A DNA stretch of 64,000 nucleotides from an uncultured Gammaproteobacteria bacterium (GTDB lineage: Bacteria > Pseudomonadota > Gammaproteobacteria > Arenicellales > CALHMG01): positions 41,379-105,378 of the forward strand of contig CALHMG010000027.1 in the NCBI GenBank assembly GCA_938034705.1, given 5' to 3'. Every line of letters begins with the position of its first letter. The first letter of the stretch is position 1. Position numbers and translations under genes: made by a program. The notes under the pieces are model-generated. The model had not been told where the DNA came from. It worked only from the letters and a program-made list of their open reading frames with translations, and did no database searches. This document shows positions 51,754 to 61,486 of the stretch, piece by piece.

Positions 51754-52176
51754 CTAGTGCACCGCAGCCGGTTCGGGTTCGGACGGGTTGCTTGTGGGTT
51801 CCGTCGGCTTCGGTGACCCGTGATGCAGCGTCATGCGCCACTCGCCACCTTCCAGACGAAAGACGTTGGTGGCGAGTGTTTCACCTCGTACGTCACGCGA
51901 TTTGATCAGGATGTGTTCGGTGACAACGAGGGTCGCTGATTCTGGCGTCGCCCAGGTCTGAATCGGCGTGCTCTGGATCTGCATGGACTCACCCTGTCCA
52001 AGAATCAGATCCCAGCTGTGGCGAACTGCGATGACACCAGCAAGAGCCGCATTACCGGGGTGGATGCAAATGATGTCATCGCGTTCAGACCACACCGACA
52101 TCATCGCGTCCACGTCACCGGCGGAAAATGCCTGGTAGAACGCGATCTGGGCGTGTTCGGGAGTGGCGAGATTCAT
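51754..52176 (-). CDS. SnoaL-like / NTF2-family protein
   Basis: AFYQAF..GD..M..W..CIHPG..G..V..SW, ATNVF..W..HHGSP. Confidence 0.88.
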   Translation of the reverse strand: MNLATPEHAQIAFYQAFSAGDVDAMMSVWSERDDIICIHPGNAALAGVIAVRHSWDLILGQGESMQIQSTPIQTWATPESATLVVTEHILIKSRDVRGETLATNVFRLEGGEWRMTLHHGSPKPTEPTSNPSEPEPAAVH

Positions 52177-52236
52177 CGGGTCGAGCGGTCGCGTGTTTCC
52201 GGGAGCCGGCGTGCGCCGCGTTGTGCCCTGCAGGGG

Positions 52237-53682
52237 TTACTCGAGCCAGCCGTTGATTCTGGCCACGTCATCGTCGTCGAGCAGGCCAGCGGCCTGATCC
52301 AGATTGAGACTCGTGAGAACGTAGTCGTAGCGTGCGCCGAGGTAGTCACGCTGGGCCCGGAATAGATCGCGTTGCGCATCGAGCACGTCAATGTTGGTGT
52401 TAACACCAGCATCAAACCCTTCCTTTTTGGCGTCGACGGTAGCCTGACTGGCTTCCACGGCCTGGCGCAGCGCATCGACTCGTTCGATGGTGCTGGTGAC
52501 ATCCAGAAAAGCGTCGCGGACCGAGCGTTCGGTCAACCGAATCAGTGCATCAACGTTTTTAAGCGCCGCTCGATATCTGAACTCGGCCTCTTCGATGCGC
52601 GAACTCACGGCGCCACCCTGATAAAGGGGTACCGAAAACTGGATAGCCAGCGAGCGTGACTCCCGCTCACTGCCAAATCCTCCGAGGCCGCCGCTGGTGT
52701 CCGAGAGGTTTTCATTAAAGACAAGATCAACCGAAGGGTAACGACCGTCTCGCTGGCGCTCGATATCCTGACGCGTGATCGCCGCCTGCTGTCTGGACTG
52801 ACGAATCGCCAGGCTGTTTTCCCGCGCGATCTCGAGCCAGGTTTGCAAATCGGTTGGTGTTGGAGGATTCATTGGCGCGTCATCGGACAGCGGCGCGAGC
52901 TCGGCCGGGGATGACCCGGTCAGTTCCTGCAGCGCTCGCAACGCGTCGTCGATCTCGTTGCGCGATTCGATTTCGCTCACCTGGGCGAGCTTGAATCGTG
53001 ACTCGGCCTCAGTGAGATCCGTTCGTGTACCGAGCCCAACGTCGAGACGCTCGCGCGCGAGATCCAGCTGTCGGCCCACGGCGGCGACCTCGCGCTTGGC
53101 AACATTGAGATTGTCCATGGCACGAAGCGCGGCAAAATAACGCTGCGCGATAGCCAGAGCGAGGTCCTGGCGCGATGCGGTCAGGTCCAGTGAAGCCAGT
53201 CGTACCTGATCTTTGGCAATGGCGACACCGGTGCGCAGCGAGCGGTCGTAGAGATTCTGTCGCGCGCTGAGACCGATTGACCCGCTCGCGAAGTGGCTTT
53301 TGCCGCCACCCGTTTCGGCGTTTGTCCAGACCCTCTGATGCTGACGCCCATAGCTACCGGTCAGGGACACGTTTGGCCTCATCTGCGCTCGAGCCTGGAC
53401 GATTTTCTGTTGCTCTGCCTGATACAGGTAGCGTTGGCGTGCGAAGGTCGGGTCGTTCTCGACGGCCTGCTCATACAGCGTCCAGAGATCGGCCGCCGAA
53501 GCAGACGTGGGCGCTCCGAGCATCGGTATCGCCAGCGCAGCGGCGGTTGCAAATGTTGCTACTGCACGCCCACCTGAAACCGCGATCAGAGACTTGCCAA
53601 TCGATTTGCCGATAAATGAGATCAATGGATTCACTGGAGTTACTCGTTCCCTGACAGAGTTAATGGCCGCTTGGATCACCAC
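52237..53682 (-). CDS. tolC: TolC-family outer membrane channel (start uncertain)
   Basis: ADLWTLYEQA..NDP, VPLYQGG, GVNTNIDVLDAQRDL; downstream of pcm. Confidence 0.88.
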   Translation of the reverse strand: MVIQAAINSVRERVTPVNPLISFIGKSIGKSLIAVSGGRAVATFATAAALAIPMLGAPTSASAADLWTLYEQAVENDPTFARQRYLYQAEQQKIVQARAQMRPNVSLTGSYGRQHQRVWTNAETGGGKSHFASGSIGLSARQNLYDRSLRTGVAIAKDQVRLASLDLTASRQDLALAIAQRYFAALRAMDNLNVAKREVAAVGRQLDLARERLDVGLGTRTDLTEAESRFKLAQVSEIESRNEIDDALRALQELTGSSPAELAPLSDDAPMNPPTPTDLQTWLEIARENSLAIRQSRQQAAITRQDIERQRDGRYPSVDLVFNENLSDTSGGLGGFGSERESRSLAIQFSVPLYQGGAVSSRIEEAEFRYRAALKNVDALIRLTERSVRDAFLDVTSTIERVDALRQAVEASQATVDAKKEGFDAGVNTNIDVLDAQRDLFRAQRDYLGARYDYVLTSLNLDQAAGLLDDDDVARINGWLE

Positions 53683-53771
53683 TTTGACTTTGGGTTCTGT
53701 TGGCGAGTCGTTAAAGAAAGGCAGATTACGCGTCGTCCGCGCAGCGTGTTGCTGTGGTTCGCACGCGTGCG

Positions 53772-54425
53772 TCAGAACTCAAACGCAGGCTCGGCGCTGG
53801 CACCACCGAGTGCAGGCACTATCGTGTCAAACAACGACTGGCTTCTGAAGCTGCTTGGCCCGAGTCTTGTCACTACGGTCGCCTCCATGATCGGTTCTGA
53901 ACCGACAACGGCGACAAGGCGGCCACCCTCCGCGAGAGACTGCTTGATGTTGTCGTCGATCGCGCCAACCGATCCTGTCAGCAGAATCGCATCCCATGGC
54001 GCTCCATCTTTCCAGCCACCCGATGCGTCCCCCTGGATCAGTCGTACGTTGTCAAAGCCCTGTTCGACCAGTTTCGCTTTCGCGAACTCAACCAGATCTG
54101 CTTTGAGCTCAACGGCCGTTACTTCGCCACCGAGTGCTGCCAGAAGCGCGGCGACGTGACCGCTGCCAACGCCAATCTGAAGCACTTTGTGACCCGCACG
54201 GATTTCGAGGGACTGGATCAGACGGGCTTCAACTTTCGGCTGCAGCATCGCTTCACCGGACGGTAGTGGCAGGCTCATGTCCGCGAACGCCAGCTCACGG
54301 TGTTCGGCGGGTACGAATTCTTCGCGACGCACCGTCTCCAGTGCACCGAGAACGGCGGGATCCAGCACCTCCCAGGGGCGGATCTGCTGCTCAATCATGT
54401 TGAAACGTGCTTGCTCGAAATCCAT
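53772..54425 (-). CDS. pcm: Protein-L-isoaspartate O-methyltransferase (tolC-linked paralog)
   Basis: MDFEQARFNMIEQQIRPWEVLD, REEFVP, VLQIGVGSG. Confidence 0.9.
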   Translation of the reverse strand: MDFEQARFNMIEQQIRPWEVLDPAVLGALETVRREEFVPAEHRELAFADMSLPLPSGEAMLQPKVEARLIQSLEIRAGHKVLQIGVGSGHVAALLAALGGEVTAVELKADLVEFAKAKLVEQGFDNVRLIQGDASGGWKDGAPWDAILLTGSVGAIDDNIKQSLAEGGRLVAVVGSEPIMEATVVTRLGPSSFRSQSLFDTIVPALGGASAEPAFEF

Positions 54426-54540
54426 GGTCTTTTCAAGTGCCTGAAACGGGAGCAAAGGGTAAGAGTTTGCGGGAACTGGCGCAAGTCAGGAGCACCCGAC
54501 GTGTCGATAAAACCGCTTCGGACCAGCGGGTTGTTTCGAA

Positions 54541-54555
54541 TATCTGATGCTAAAG
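54541..54555 (+). repeat. 15-bp direct repeat, copy 1
   Basis: TATCTGATGCTAAAG, identical to 55288-55302. Confidence 0.8.
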
Positions 54556-54735
54556 GTGATCAAGGCCGTCGCCGGGGTCTCAGGCGTGAACCGGACGGTG
54601 GGTCCGTGACCGAGCAGCCGTGAACAAACGATATTAGCCAAAGTCCGGCTGACCCGGAGATTACCCCGAACGGGTGGATGCAGCGTGGACCGGGACCGGC
54701 CCGGATGAGGCGAAGATCACCGGCGGACCGGTGAC

Positions 54736-55110
54736 TCAGTGAACCGCGTTTTGCAGAGGCTCATACATTCCGTCAGCAAGGCCGCCGAACAGCTCTTCGA
54801 CTGCCGGATGCTCGACCGGTTCACCCGTCTGGTCGACCAGAAGATTCTGTTCCGAAACATAGGCAACGTAGGTCGTCTCTTCGTTCTCGGCGAGCAGATG
54901 ATAGAACGGCTGATTTTTCTCGGGCCGAATATTTTCGGGAATGGATTCGTACCACTCGTCCGTGTTGTTGAACTCGGGGTCAACGTCAAAGATGACGCCA
55001 CGAAACGGGAACGTCTTGTGGCGAACAACCTGGCCAATGTGAAACTTCGCGATTCGATCGTCCGAAGGCGATTGAGGTTGTTGCATGCTTTCAGTTTCCG
55101 TCATAGACAT
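54736..55110 (-). CDS. hspQ: Heat-shock protein HspQ (YccV-like)
   Basis: AKFHIGQVVRH..FRGVIFDVDP..QPFYHLL..YVSEQNL. Confidence 0.92.
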   Translation of the reverse strand: MSMTETESMQQPQSPSDDRIAKFHIGQVVRHKTFPFRGVIFDVDPEFNNTDEWYESIPENIRPEKNQPFYHLLAENEETTYVAYVSEQNLLVDQTGEPVEHPAVEELFGGLADGMYEPLQNAVH

Positions 55111-55287
55111 AAGGTTTTCTTCCGCGCTCTCAACTGCGCGCCGTCTGGCGCATGATCCGACTGATGTAATCCAAATCTAACCGACTTTGTCTCTTTCAGT
55201 AGTAGGCCGCGAAAGCACTAATTTCAATGCATACGTCTCGCCATGCGTCGATTCCTGATCAACATCGGAACTGACTGGACAGACAAC

Positions 55288-55302
55288 TATCTGATGCTAA
55301 AG
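55288..55302 (+). repeat. 15-bp direct repeat, copy 2
   Basis: TATCTGATGCTAAAG, identical to 54541-54555. Confidence 0.8.
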
Positions 55303-55624
55303 CAGCGAGCCTTCGAATCCTTGAACGCATTGCATCGCTGGTAGTTCTCGGCCGATCAGGGCACCTGCGCTGTTTTTACTGCCGTTTTCCACATCGCCTG
55401 CTGTGAGTCGTCGCACATTTTCGGTCACGCATGACGTCGGAGAAAGATCCTACCGCCTGGTATTGAACAAGTTGTCACAACCCGAAATCGGGACAAACAC
55501 CTGTGTTCGCAATGCGCTGCGGTAGACTTATTGCGACACAACGTGTGTGTTTAACCTCGTTACGCTTTCGTCCCTCGCTGCAATTCCTGGACGCTTGAGT
55601 CCGGTGTCTTACCTCCGCCTGTCC

Positions 55625-56290
55625 ATGACCCAATCTGTCACCACTGTTTTCTATATCACAGATCCCATGTGTGCCTGGTGCTGGGCCTTCAGTGCGCCAT
55701 GGTCTGCGTTGAAGGCTTCTTTGCGCAACCATGAAGGCATCAACACAAGACTGATCATGGGAGGACTGGCTCCAGACAGCGACGAGCCTATGGACGACCA
55801 GATGAAATCCACAATGCGTGAGAGCTGGGAACGTATTCACGTAATGTCGGGCGCGCGGTTCAACATGAACTACTGGGATCAGAACGTGCCGCGACGTTCA
55901 ACGTATCCAGCCTGCCGAGCCGTTCTTGCCGCCGGGATTCAGCGGGAAAACGGCGGCATCGCCATGTTTGAAGCGATTCAGCAGGCGCACTACCTTGATG
56001 CGCAAAACACAGCGGACGACAAGGTGCTTGCTGAGGTGGCGACTTCAGTGGATCTGAATGCCGATCAGCTGATCGCAGACATGCAGTCGGAACCTGTTCA
56101 CGCACGACTCACCAGTGACTTCATGATTCGGGATCAATTCAAGGTAACCGGATTTCCAAGCGTCGTGGTAACGACGCAGGCTCATGCCTGGACGCTGTCG
56201 GCCGGCTACACCGATGAGGCAACGCTGCTCAATCGCTGGGATCAGCTGCGAGAAAAACTGCCGGCGTCATCAGGCTTTACTGTGCAGTAA
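55625..56290 (+). CDS. DsbA-family (FrnE/YjbH-like) thioredoxin-fold protein
   Basis: YITDPMCAWCWAF, MGGLAPD, RRSTYPACRAV, VTGFP. Confidence 0.88.
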   Translation: MTQSVTTVFYITDPMCAWCWAFSAPWSALKASLRNHEGINTRLIMGGLAPDSDEPMDDQMKSTMRESWERIHVMSGARFNMNYWDQNVPRRSTYPACRAVLAAGIQRENGGIAMFEAIQQAHYLDAQNTADDKVLAEVATSVDLNADQLIADMQSEPVHARLTSDFMIRDQFKVTGFPSVVVTTQAHAWTLSAGYTDEATLLNRWDQLREKLPASSGFTVQ

Positions 56291-57457
56291 CTGGCGCATT
56301 GCCGCATCGAGCCCCTCGATAGTGAGCGGGAACATCCTGTCCTGCATGATCTGCGTGGTGATTTCGATCGAGGGTGTGTAGTGCCAGGTCGTCTGGGCGC
56401 GCGGGTTTAACCAGACGCAATGTGGAAAAACTTCCAGCAGCCTCGACATCCACACGGCCCCCGGTTCTTCGTTCATGTGTTCGACGCTGCCACCGGGATA
56501 GGTAATCTCGTAAGGACTCATCGTGGCGTCTCCAACAAAGATGACCCGATAATCCTTGCCATAGGTTCGCAGTACTTCTGCGGTCGAGATACGTTCGGTG
56601 TGTCGTCGCCGATTGTTTTTCCACACACGTTCGTAAAGAAAGTTGTGAAAGTAGTAGTACTCGAGATATTTGAATTCAGTTCGCGCTGCAGAAAAAAGTT
56701 CTTCGCAAACGCGTACGTGATCGTCCATGGAACCACCGACGTCAAGAAACAGCAGTACCTTAATCGCATTACGCTTTTCAGCGACCATCTTGATGTCAAG
56801 ATAACCCGCGTTTCGCGCGGTTGAGCTTATGGTGCTGTCCAGATCAAGCTGGTCGGCTGCACCCTCTCGCGCAAACTTGCGCAGTCGTCTCAGCGCAACC
56901 TTCATGTTGCGGGTGCCAATTTCCCGCGTGTCGTCGAGGTTTCGGTACTCGCGCTTGTCCCAGACCTTGACCGCCCGTCGATGGCGCGATTCATCCTGCC
57001 CGATGCGCACACCTTCGGGGTTGTAGCCGTAGGCGCCAAAGGGAGATCGTCCCGCGGTTCCGATCATCTTGTTGCCGCCCTGATGACGCTTTTCCTGATT
57101 CTTCAGTCTTTCCTTGAGTGTCTCCATCAGTTTTTCGAAACCGCCGAGTGACTCAATCTGGGCCTTTTCCTCGTCTGTCAGGAGCAGCTCTGCCTGCTTG
57201 CGAAGCCATTCTTCGGGGATCTCGCCGACAACGGCCTCAAACGCGTTCTGCTGTCCTTCGTACCAGGAAGAAAAGGCCTGATCGAAACGATCGTAGTGAC
57301 GTTCGTCTTTGACGAGCGCGGAGCGCGAAAGAAAATAGAAGTCGTCTACAGAAAAATCACAGACGCCAGCTTCCATCGCACCCAGCAGCGTCAGCAGCTC
57401 GGTGATGGAAACCGGGACCTGATGCGTGCGCAGTCGAAAAAAGAAATCAACGAGCAT
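56270..57457 (-). CDS. VWA-domain (CoxE-like) protein
   Basis: MIDAS-like DVGGSM, YFHN, FVGDATMSPYEI, VWLNP; overlaps the MoxR gene. Confidence 0.88.
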   Translation of the reverse strand: MLVDFFFRLRTHQVPVSITELLTLLGAMEAGVCDFSVDDFYFLSRSALVKDERHYDRFDQAFSSWYEGQQNAFEAVVGEIPEEWLRKQAELLLTDEEKAQIESLGGFEKLMETLKERLKNQEKRHQGGNKMIGTAGRSPFGAYGYNPEGVRIGQDESRHRRAVKVWDKREYRNLDDTREIGTRNMKVALRRLRKFAREGAADQLDLDSTISSTARNAGYLDIKMVAEKRNAIKVLLFLDVGGSMDDHVRVCEELFSAARTEFKYLEYYYFHNFLYERVWKNNRRRHTERISTAEVLRTYGKDYRVIFVGDATMSPYEITYPGGSVEHMNEEPGAVWMSRLLEVFPHCVWLNPRAQTTWHYTPSIEITTQIMQDRMFPLTIEGLDAAMRQLLHSKA

Positions 57458-58301
57458 TGCGCCGATTCATGAATACAAGCTTTTCGAAAAGATGGACGTC
57501 CTGCTCGTTTTTGAGCAAGGCGCCGTGCAACGGCGGGATCAGCTTGGACGGGTCATCGCTGTTCAGGGCCTCGGGTGGAATATCTTCGGCAACCAGCAGC
57601 TTGATCCAGTCGAGCAGCTCCGAGGTCGACGGCTTTTTCTTTAAGCCTGGAACCTCGCGGAGATCAAAAAACGACTCAAGTGCAGCAGACAGCAGTTCTT
57701 TTTTCAGTGTCGGAAAGTGCACGTCCACAATGCTTGTCATCGTTTCGCGATCGGGAAACTGGATGTAGTGGAAGAAGCATCGCCGCAAAAAGGCGTCCGG
57801 CAGCTCTTTTTCGTTGTTACTGGTGATAATGATAATCGGTCGGTGTTTTGCCTTTACCGTGGTTTGGGTTTCGTAAACGAAAAACTCCATCCGGTCGAGT
57901 TCGAGCAGCAGATCGTTAGGAAATTCGATATCGGCTTTGTCGATTTCATCGATCAGCAGAACCGGTTGTTGCTCGCTGTCAAAAGCTTCCCAGAGTTTGC
58001 CCTTGACGATGTAGTTGCCAATGTCGTGCACCCGGTCATTGCCAAGCTGGGAGTCACGCAGTCTGGCGACGGCGTCATACTCGTACAGACCCTGCTGTGC
58101 CTTGGTGGTTGATTTGATATGCCACTGAATAAAATCACGCCCGAGGGCCGCGGCTACCTCTTCGGCGAGCATGGTCTTGCCTGTTCCGGGCTCCCCTTTG
58201 ATCAACAGCGGGCGCCCGAGCGTGACGGCCGCGTTCACGGCCATCATGAGGTCTTCTGTGGCGACGTATTTGTCGGTACCGGTAAATCGTGTATCAGACA
58301 T
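57447..58301 (-). CDS. MoxR-family AAA+ ATPase
   Basis: GEPGTGKT, YEYD, LLIDEIDKAD, TSNNEKELPDAFLRRC. Confidence 0.92.
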   Translation of the reverse strand: MSDTRFTGTDKYVATEDLMMAVNAAVTLGRPLLIKGEPGTGKTMLAEEVAAALGRDFIQWHIKSTTKAQQGLYEYDAVARLRDSQLGNDRVHDIGNYIVKGKLWEAFDSEQQPVLLIDEIDKADIEFPNDLLLELDRMEFFVYETQTTVKAKHRPIIIITSNNEKELPDAFLRRCFFHYIQFPDRETMTSIVDVHFPTLKKELLSAALESFFDLREVPGLKKKPSTSELLDWIKLLVAEDIPPEALNSDDPSKLIPPLHGALLKNEQDVHLFEKLVFMNRRNAR

Positions 58302-58422
58302 TGTTTGCTCTTGAAATATGGGTTCACAGCGTATGCATGCAATCATAAACTGTCGATGCGTCTTACTCCATGAACCTGGGCCGACCGAGGCCGGGTGACG
58401 AGATCCGGGCGGAGAATCGGCT

Positions 58423-59070
58423 ATGTGTGGACGAATGAACATCAGTGATCATCCAGGCATTGAAACGCTGCTCGACGAGGTTGGGTTGAGCCTTGGCGAT
58501 CGTTCTTTCAACCCGCGCTTCAATGTGGCGCCGACGGCCAGTCTGCTGTGTATTGCTCAGCAGGATGAAATGACTCTGGTAGACATGCACTGGGGGCTTA
58601 TTCCGCCCTGGGCAAAACCTGGCAAGTTTTCAGGTCCGATTATCAACGCCCGCTCGGAGTCGGTTCGGGAAAAGCCGTCGTTTCGAAAACCGATTGTCGA
58701 ATCACGGATCGTGATACCCGCGAACGGATTTTATGAATGGCGCCGTGAAGGCAAGGATCGCGAGGCCTGGTATATCGCGCCGCGAGCGGCGAGCGGCTTT
58801 TACCTTGCAGGGCTGTCATCGATCTCAAAGGAAGGAGAGCCCCAGGCTTGTGTCCTGACCACCGAAGCAAACAGCGCGATGGCAAAAGTGCATCATCGAA
58901 TGCCGGTGATTCTTGATTCCACCGATGTCGAGACCTGGCTGCAGTCCGATGACACCACTCGGATTGATGCGTTGATGCAGCCGGCTGGTGACGTACTTGA
59001 ACTGACCCCCGTGACGAATTTTGTAAACAACGCACGCAACGACGGCCCGCGCTGTATCGCCCCCGCCTGA
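58423..59070 (+). CDS. SRAP/YedK (HMCES-like) abasic-site protection protein
   Basis: MCGR N-terminus, FNVAPT, WGLIP.W, INARSE, GFYEW, HHRMPVIL. Confidence 0.93.
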   Translation: MCGRMNISDHPGIETLLDEVGLSLGDRSFNPRFNVAPTASLLCIAQQDEMTLVDMHWGLIPPWAKPGKFSGPIINARSESVREKPSFRKPIVESRIVIPANGFYEWRREGKDREAWYIAPRAASGFYLAGLSSISKEGEPQACVLTTEANSAMAKVHHRMPVILDSTDVETWLQSDDTTRIDALMQPAGDVLELTPVTNFVNNARNDGPRCIAPA

Positions 59071-59073
59071 GAG

Positions 59074-60165
59074 TCAGGCTTTCTTTTCTCGAGCGAGATA
59101 TTCCCTGGACTGCATCTCGATGAGTCGACTTGTGGTTCGTTCGAACGGTTTCTCGAGGCGACGCCCTGTGTAAAGCGACACGGGATCGGCATCGGCGGAG
59201 ACAACAAGATTGATGTTGCGGTCGTAAAACTCATCGATCATTTCGATAAACCGGCGTGCTTCATCATCACGAGTTCTGTCAAAAACCGGGATACCGGAAA
59301 TAAGGACCGTGTGAAATTCCTGAGCAATCTCGATGTAATCGTGACTTGATCGCGGTCCGCCACAGATACGTGCAAAGTCGAACCAGACAATGCCGTCACC
59401 GCGTGCACGGTACTCGATCTCCCGACCAAGGATGGAAATGGCCCCAGCCATTTCGGTTCGACTGTCGGCGACGGCTCTGAACGTCTCCATCAGCTGTTCG
59501 TCGGCGTCAGTCCCGGCCGGCACGTGATAAATCGCGTCGGTATCCAGCGCGCGAAGGCGATAGTCGTCACCGTCAGGTATGCGCATCACTTCGGTGTGCT
59601 CATTGATCAGCGCAATCGCCGGCTTGAAACGTGCCCGCTGCAGTCCGTCCTTGTACAGATCATCTGGCGCTGTGTTGGAGGTTGCGACAAGCGTGACGCC
59701 CCGTTCAAATAGCGCAGTCAAAAGTCCGGACAGAATCATCGCGTCGCCAATGTCCTCGACCACGAATTCATCGAAGCACAGGACGCGAAACTGACTCGCC
59801 TGTTGTTCGCCTACGGCGTCCAGCGGGTCCGTGGTGCCGCTCAGTTTCTTCAGCGATTCGTGGACGCTCTGCATGTAGCGGTGAAAGTGAACGCGACGTT
59901 TGTCCTCAAACGGCAGTCCTTCAAAGAACACGTCCATCATCCAGGTTTTGCCGCGCCCGACTCCGCCCCAGAGATAAAGACCCCTGGCAGGTGCAATGGG
60001 CTTCTTCGAGCCAAAGAATCGGGTCAGCAATCCGGCTTTCGGTTCTTCCCGACCGACCAGTGCGTGATGAACACGATCAAGTTCAGCAACCGCCGCCGCC
60101 TGGGAAGGGTCTTTGTGAAACTCGCCTGATTCGATCAGCCTGGTGTAGGCCTCGATTGGGCTCAT
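59074..60165 (-). CDS. zapE: AFG1-family ATPase ZapE
   Basis: GLYLWGGVGRGKTWMMD, HFHRYM, CFDEF, TSN..P..LY..GLQR, FERTTSRLIEMQS. Confidence 0.93.
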   Translation of the reverse strand: MSPIEAYTRLIESGEFHKDPSQAAAVAELDRVHHALVGREEPKAGLLTRFFGSKKPIAPARGLYLWGGVGRGKTWMMDVFFEGLPFEDKRRVHFHRYMQSVHESLKKLSGTTDPLDAVGEQQASQFRVLCFDEFVVEDIGDAMILSGLLTALFERGVTLVATSNTAPDDLYKDGLQRARFKPAIALINEHTEVMRIPDGDDYRLRALDTDAIYHVPAGTDADEQLMETFRAVADSRTEMAGAISILGREIEYRARGDGIVWFDFARICGGPRSSHDYIEIAQEFHTVLISGIPVFDRTRDDEARRFIEMIDEFYDRNINLVVSADADPVSLYTGRRLEKPFERTTSRLIEMQSREYLAREKKA

Positions 60166-60200
60166 CTGGCAATACTGCTCATAGGCGCAAGGAACAAAAC

Positions 60201-60860
60201 TTAAGTTCGCTGAATGACGAGATCGTCGAAGTGCGCGATGGTATCAAATTCGTGATCGGTCACAGCCGGTCTCTGACTGTCTGGCCTGGCCGGAGCGAGC
60301 AGATGGCCGATTTTGCTGCGTCTTGCCGAACGCAGCACGGCAACACTGTCGTCGATCAGCAAGGTTGACGCTGGATCAAAGTCGATATGCTGATGCAGCG
60401 TGTCCCAGAAACTCGCGTGTTCCTTCGGAAAACCAAAGTCGTGGGACGAGAAAATTTGCGAAAACTGTTCGTCGATCCCGGTCAGGCCGAATTTCAGACC
60501 CATGACATGACGATCAGCGTTGGTCACCATGACGGGTTTGTAGTTCTCGGCAATCAGTCGTTGCAGCAGCGCTCTTGCGCCCGGCCGCAGTCCGACACGG
60601 CTGCTTGTCTCGGACTTCAGCTGCATGACGTTTACACCCAGGTGCGCCGACCAGTAGTCGGTGCAGTACCAGTCAAGCGTTCCTTCGCGTTCGCGCATGT
60701 GCGCCAGCAACACGCTGTCGATCTCCTGGGCCGAAAGGTCGCGTAGTTGCGCAACCCGATTCGGGAGATGCTGCAACCAGAAATGAGTATCAAAGTGCAG
60801 GTCAAGCAGTGTGCCGTCCATGTCCAGCAGCACGGTTTCGACCGGTTTGATTGTGATCAT
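60201..60860 (-). CDS. yrfG: GMP/IMP nucleotidase (HAD family)
   Basis: LLDMDGTLLDLHFD..FW, GTLDWYC, TNA, PKE, IDDS; divergent from nudE. Confidence 0.9.
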   Translation of the reverse strand: MITIKPVETVLLDMDGTLLDLHFDTHFWLQHLPNRVAQLRDLSAQEIDSVLLAHMREREGTLDWYCTDYWSAHLGVNVMQLKSETSSRVGLRPGARALLQRLIAENYKPVMVTNADRHVMGLKFGLTGIDEQFSQIFSSHDFGFPKEHASFWDTLHQHIDFDPASTLLIDDSVAVLRSARRSKIGHLLAPARPDSQRPAVTDHEFDTIAHFDDLVIQRT

Positions 60861-60901
60861 GGGTTAAGATTACGTCTTTGTACGAGCCACCGACAGTCAG
60901 C

Positions 60902-61456
60902 ATGCGAACACCTCCTGAAATCACTGAAGTTCGACAGGTCGCAAAAACGCGACTGTTCGAGATTGAACAGGTGGAGCTGAAATTCTCCAACGGCGTCGAG
61001 ACTGACTACGAACGACTCGCCGGAGCGGGCGGGGCCGTGATGGTTATTGGTCTTGCTGGCGCTGACGATGATCGTCAAATCGTATTGATTCGTGAATACG
61101 CAGTCGGGCTGGAACAATATGAACTTGGGTTTCCCAAGGGTCGGATAGATCCAGGCGAAAAACCCGAGACGGCCGCGAACCGCGAGCTTACCGAGGAAGC
61201 AGGTTTTGCCGCGGGTCGACTCGAGGCTTGGGGTGAGGTGACCGTGGCGCCGGCGTACGCCAGTTTCCGTACACATGTTTTTCTTGCAACAGATCTTCAC
61301 GCCGCGACTGCACAAGGTGATGAACCGGAGCCGCCGGAAGTTGTATTCTGGCCGCTTGAGGACGCACGCGCCCTGCTCGAGCGCGACGACTTCAGCGAGT
61401 CGCGTGCCCGTCTTGGTGTGTACATGCTTCTCGACAGATTTACACACTCCAGATGA
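60902..61456 (+). CDS. nudE: ADP-compounds hydrolase NudE
   Basis: L.FSNG..YERL, REYAVG..YELGFPKGRID.GE..AANREL.EEAG, GDEPEP. Confidence 0.9.
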   Translation: MRTPPEITEVRQVAKTRLFEIEQVELKFSNGVETDYERLAGAGGAVMVIGLAGADDDRQIVLIREYAVGLEQYELGFPKGRIDPGEKPETAANRELTEEAGFAAGRLEAWGEVTVAPAYASFRTHVFLATDLHAATAQGDEPEPPEVVFWPLEDARALLERDDFSESRARLGVYMLLDRFTHSR

Positions 61457-61486
61457 CATTCACGAACAAAGCGGGGACCGCTTCCT

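Noticed and set aside
54570-54700. GGGGTC..GCTGA..GAGATTACCC..GAAC resembling a TPP riboswitch
   Set aside because: No contiguous CUGAGA or CUGAU..AAU..CGUAGG core, and no thiamine gene downstream.
58302-58422. LexA box upstream of the SRAP gene
   Set aside because: No CTGT-N8-ACAG match seen.
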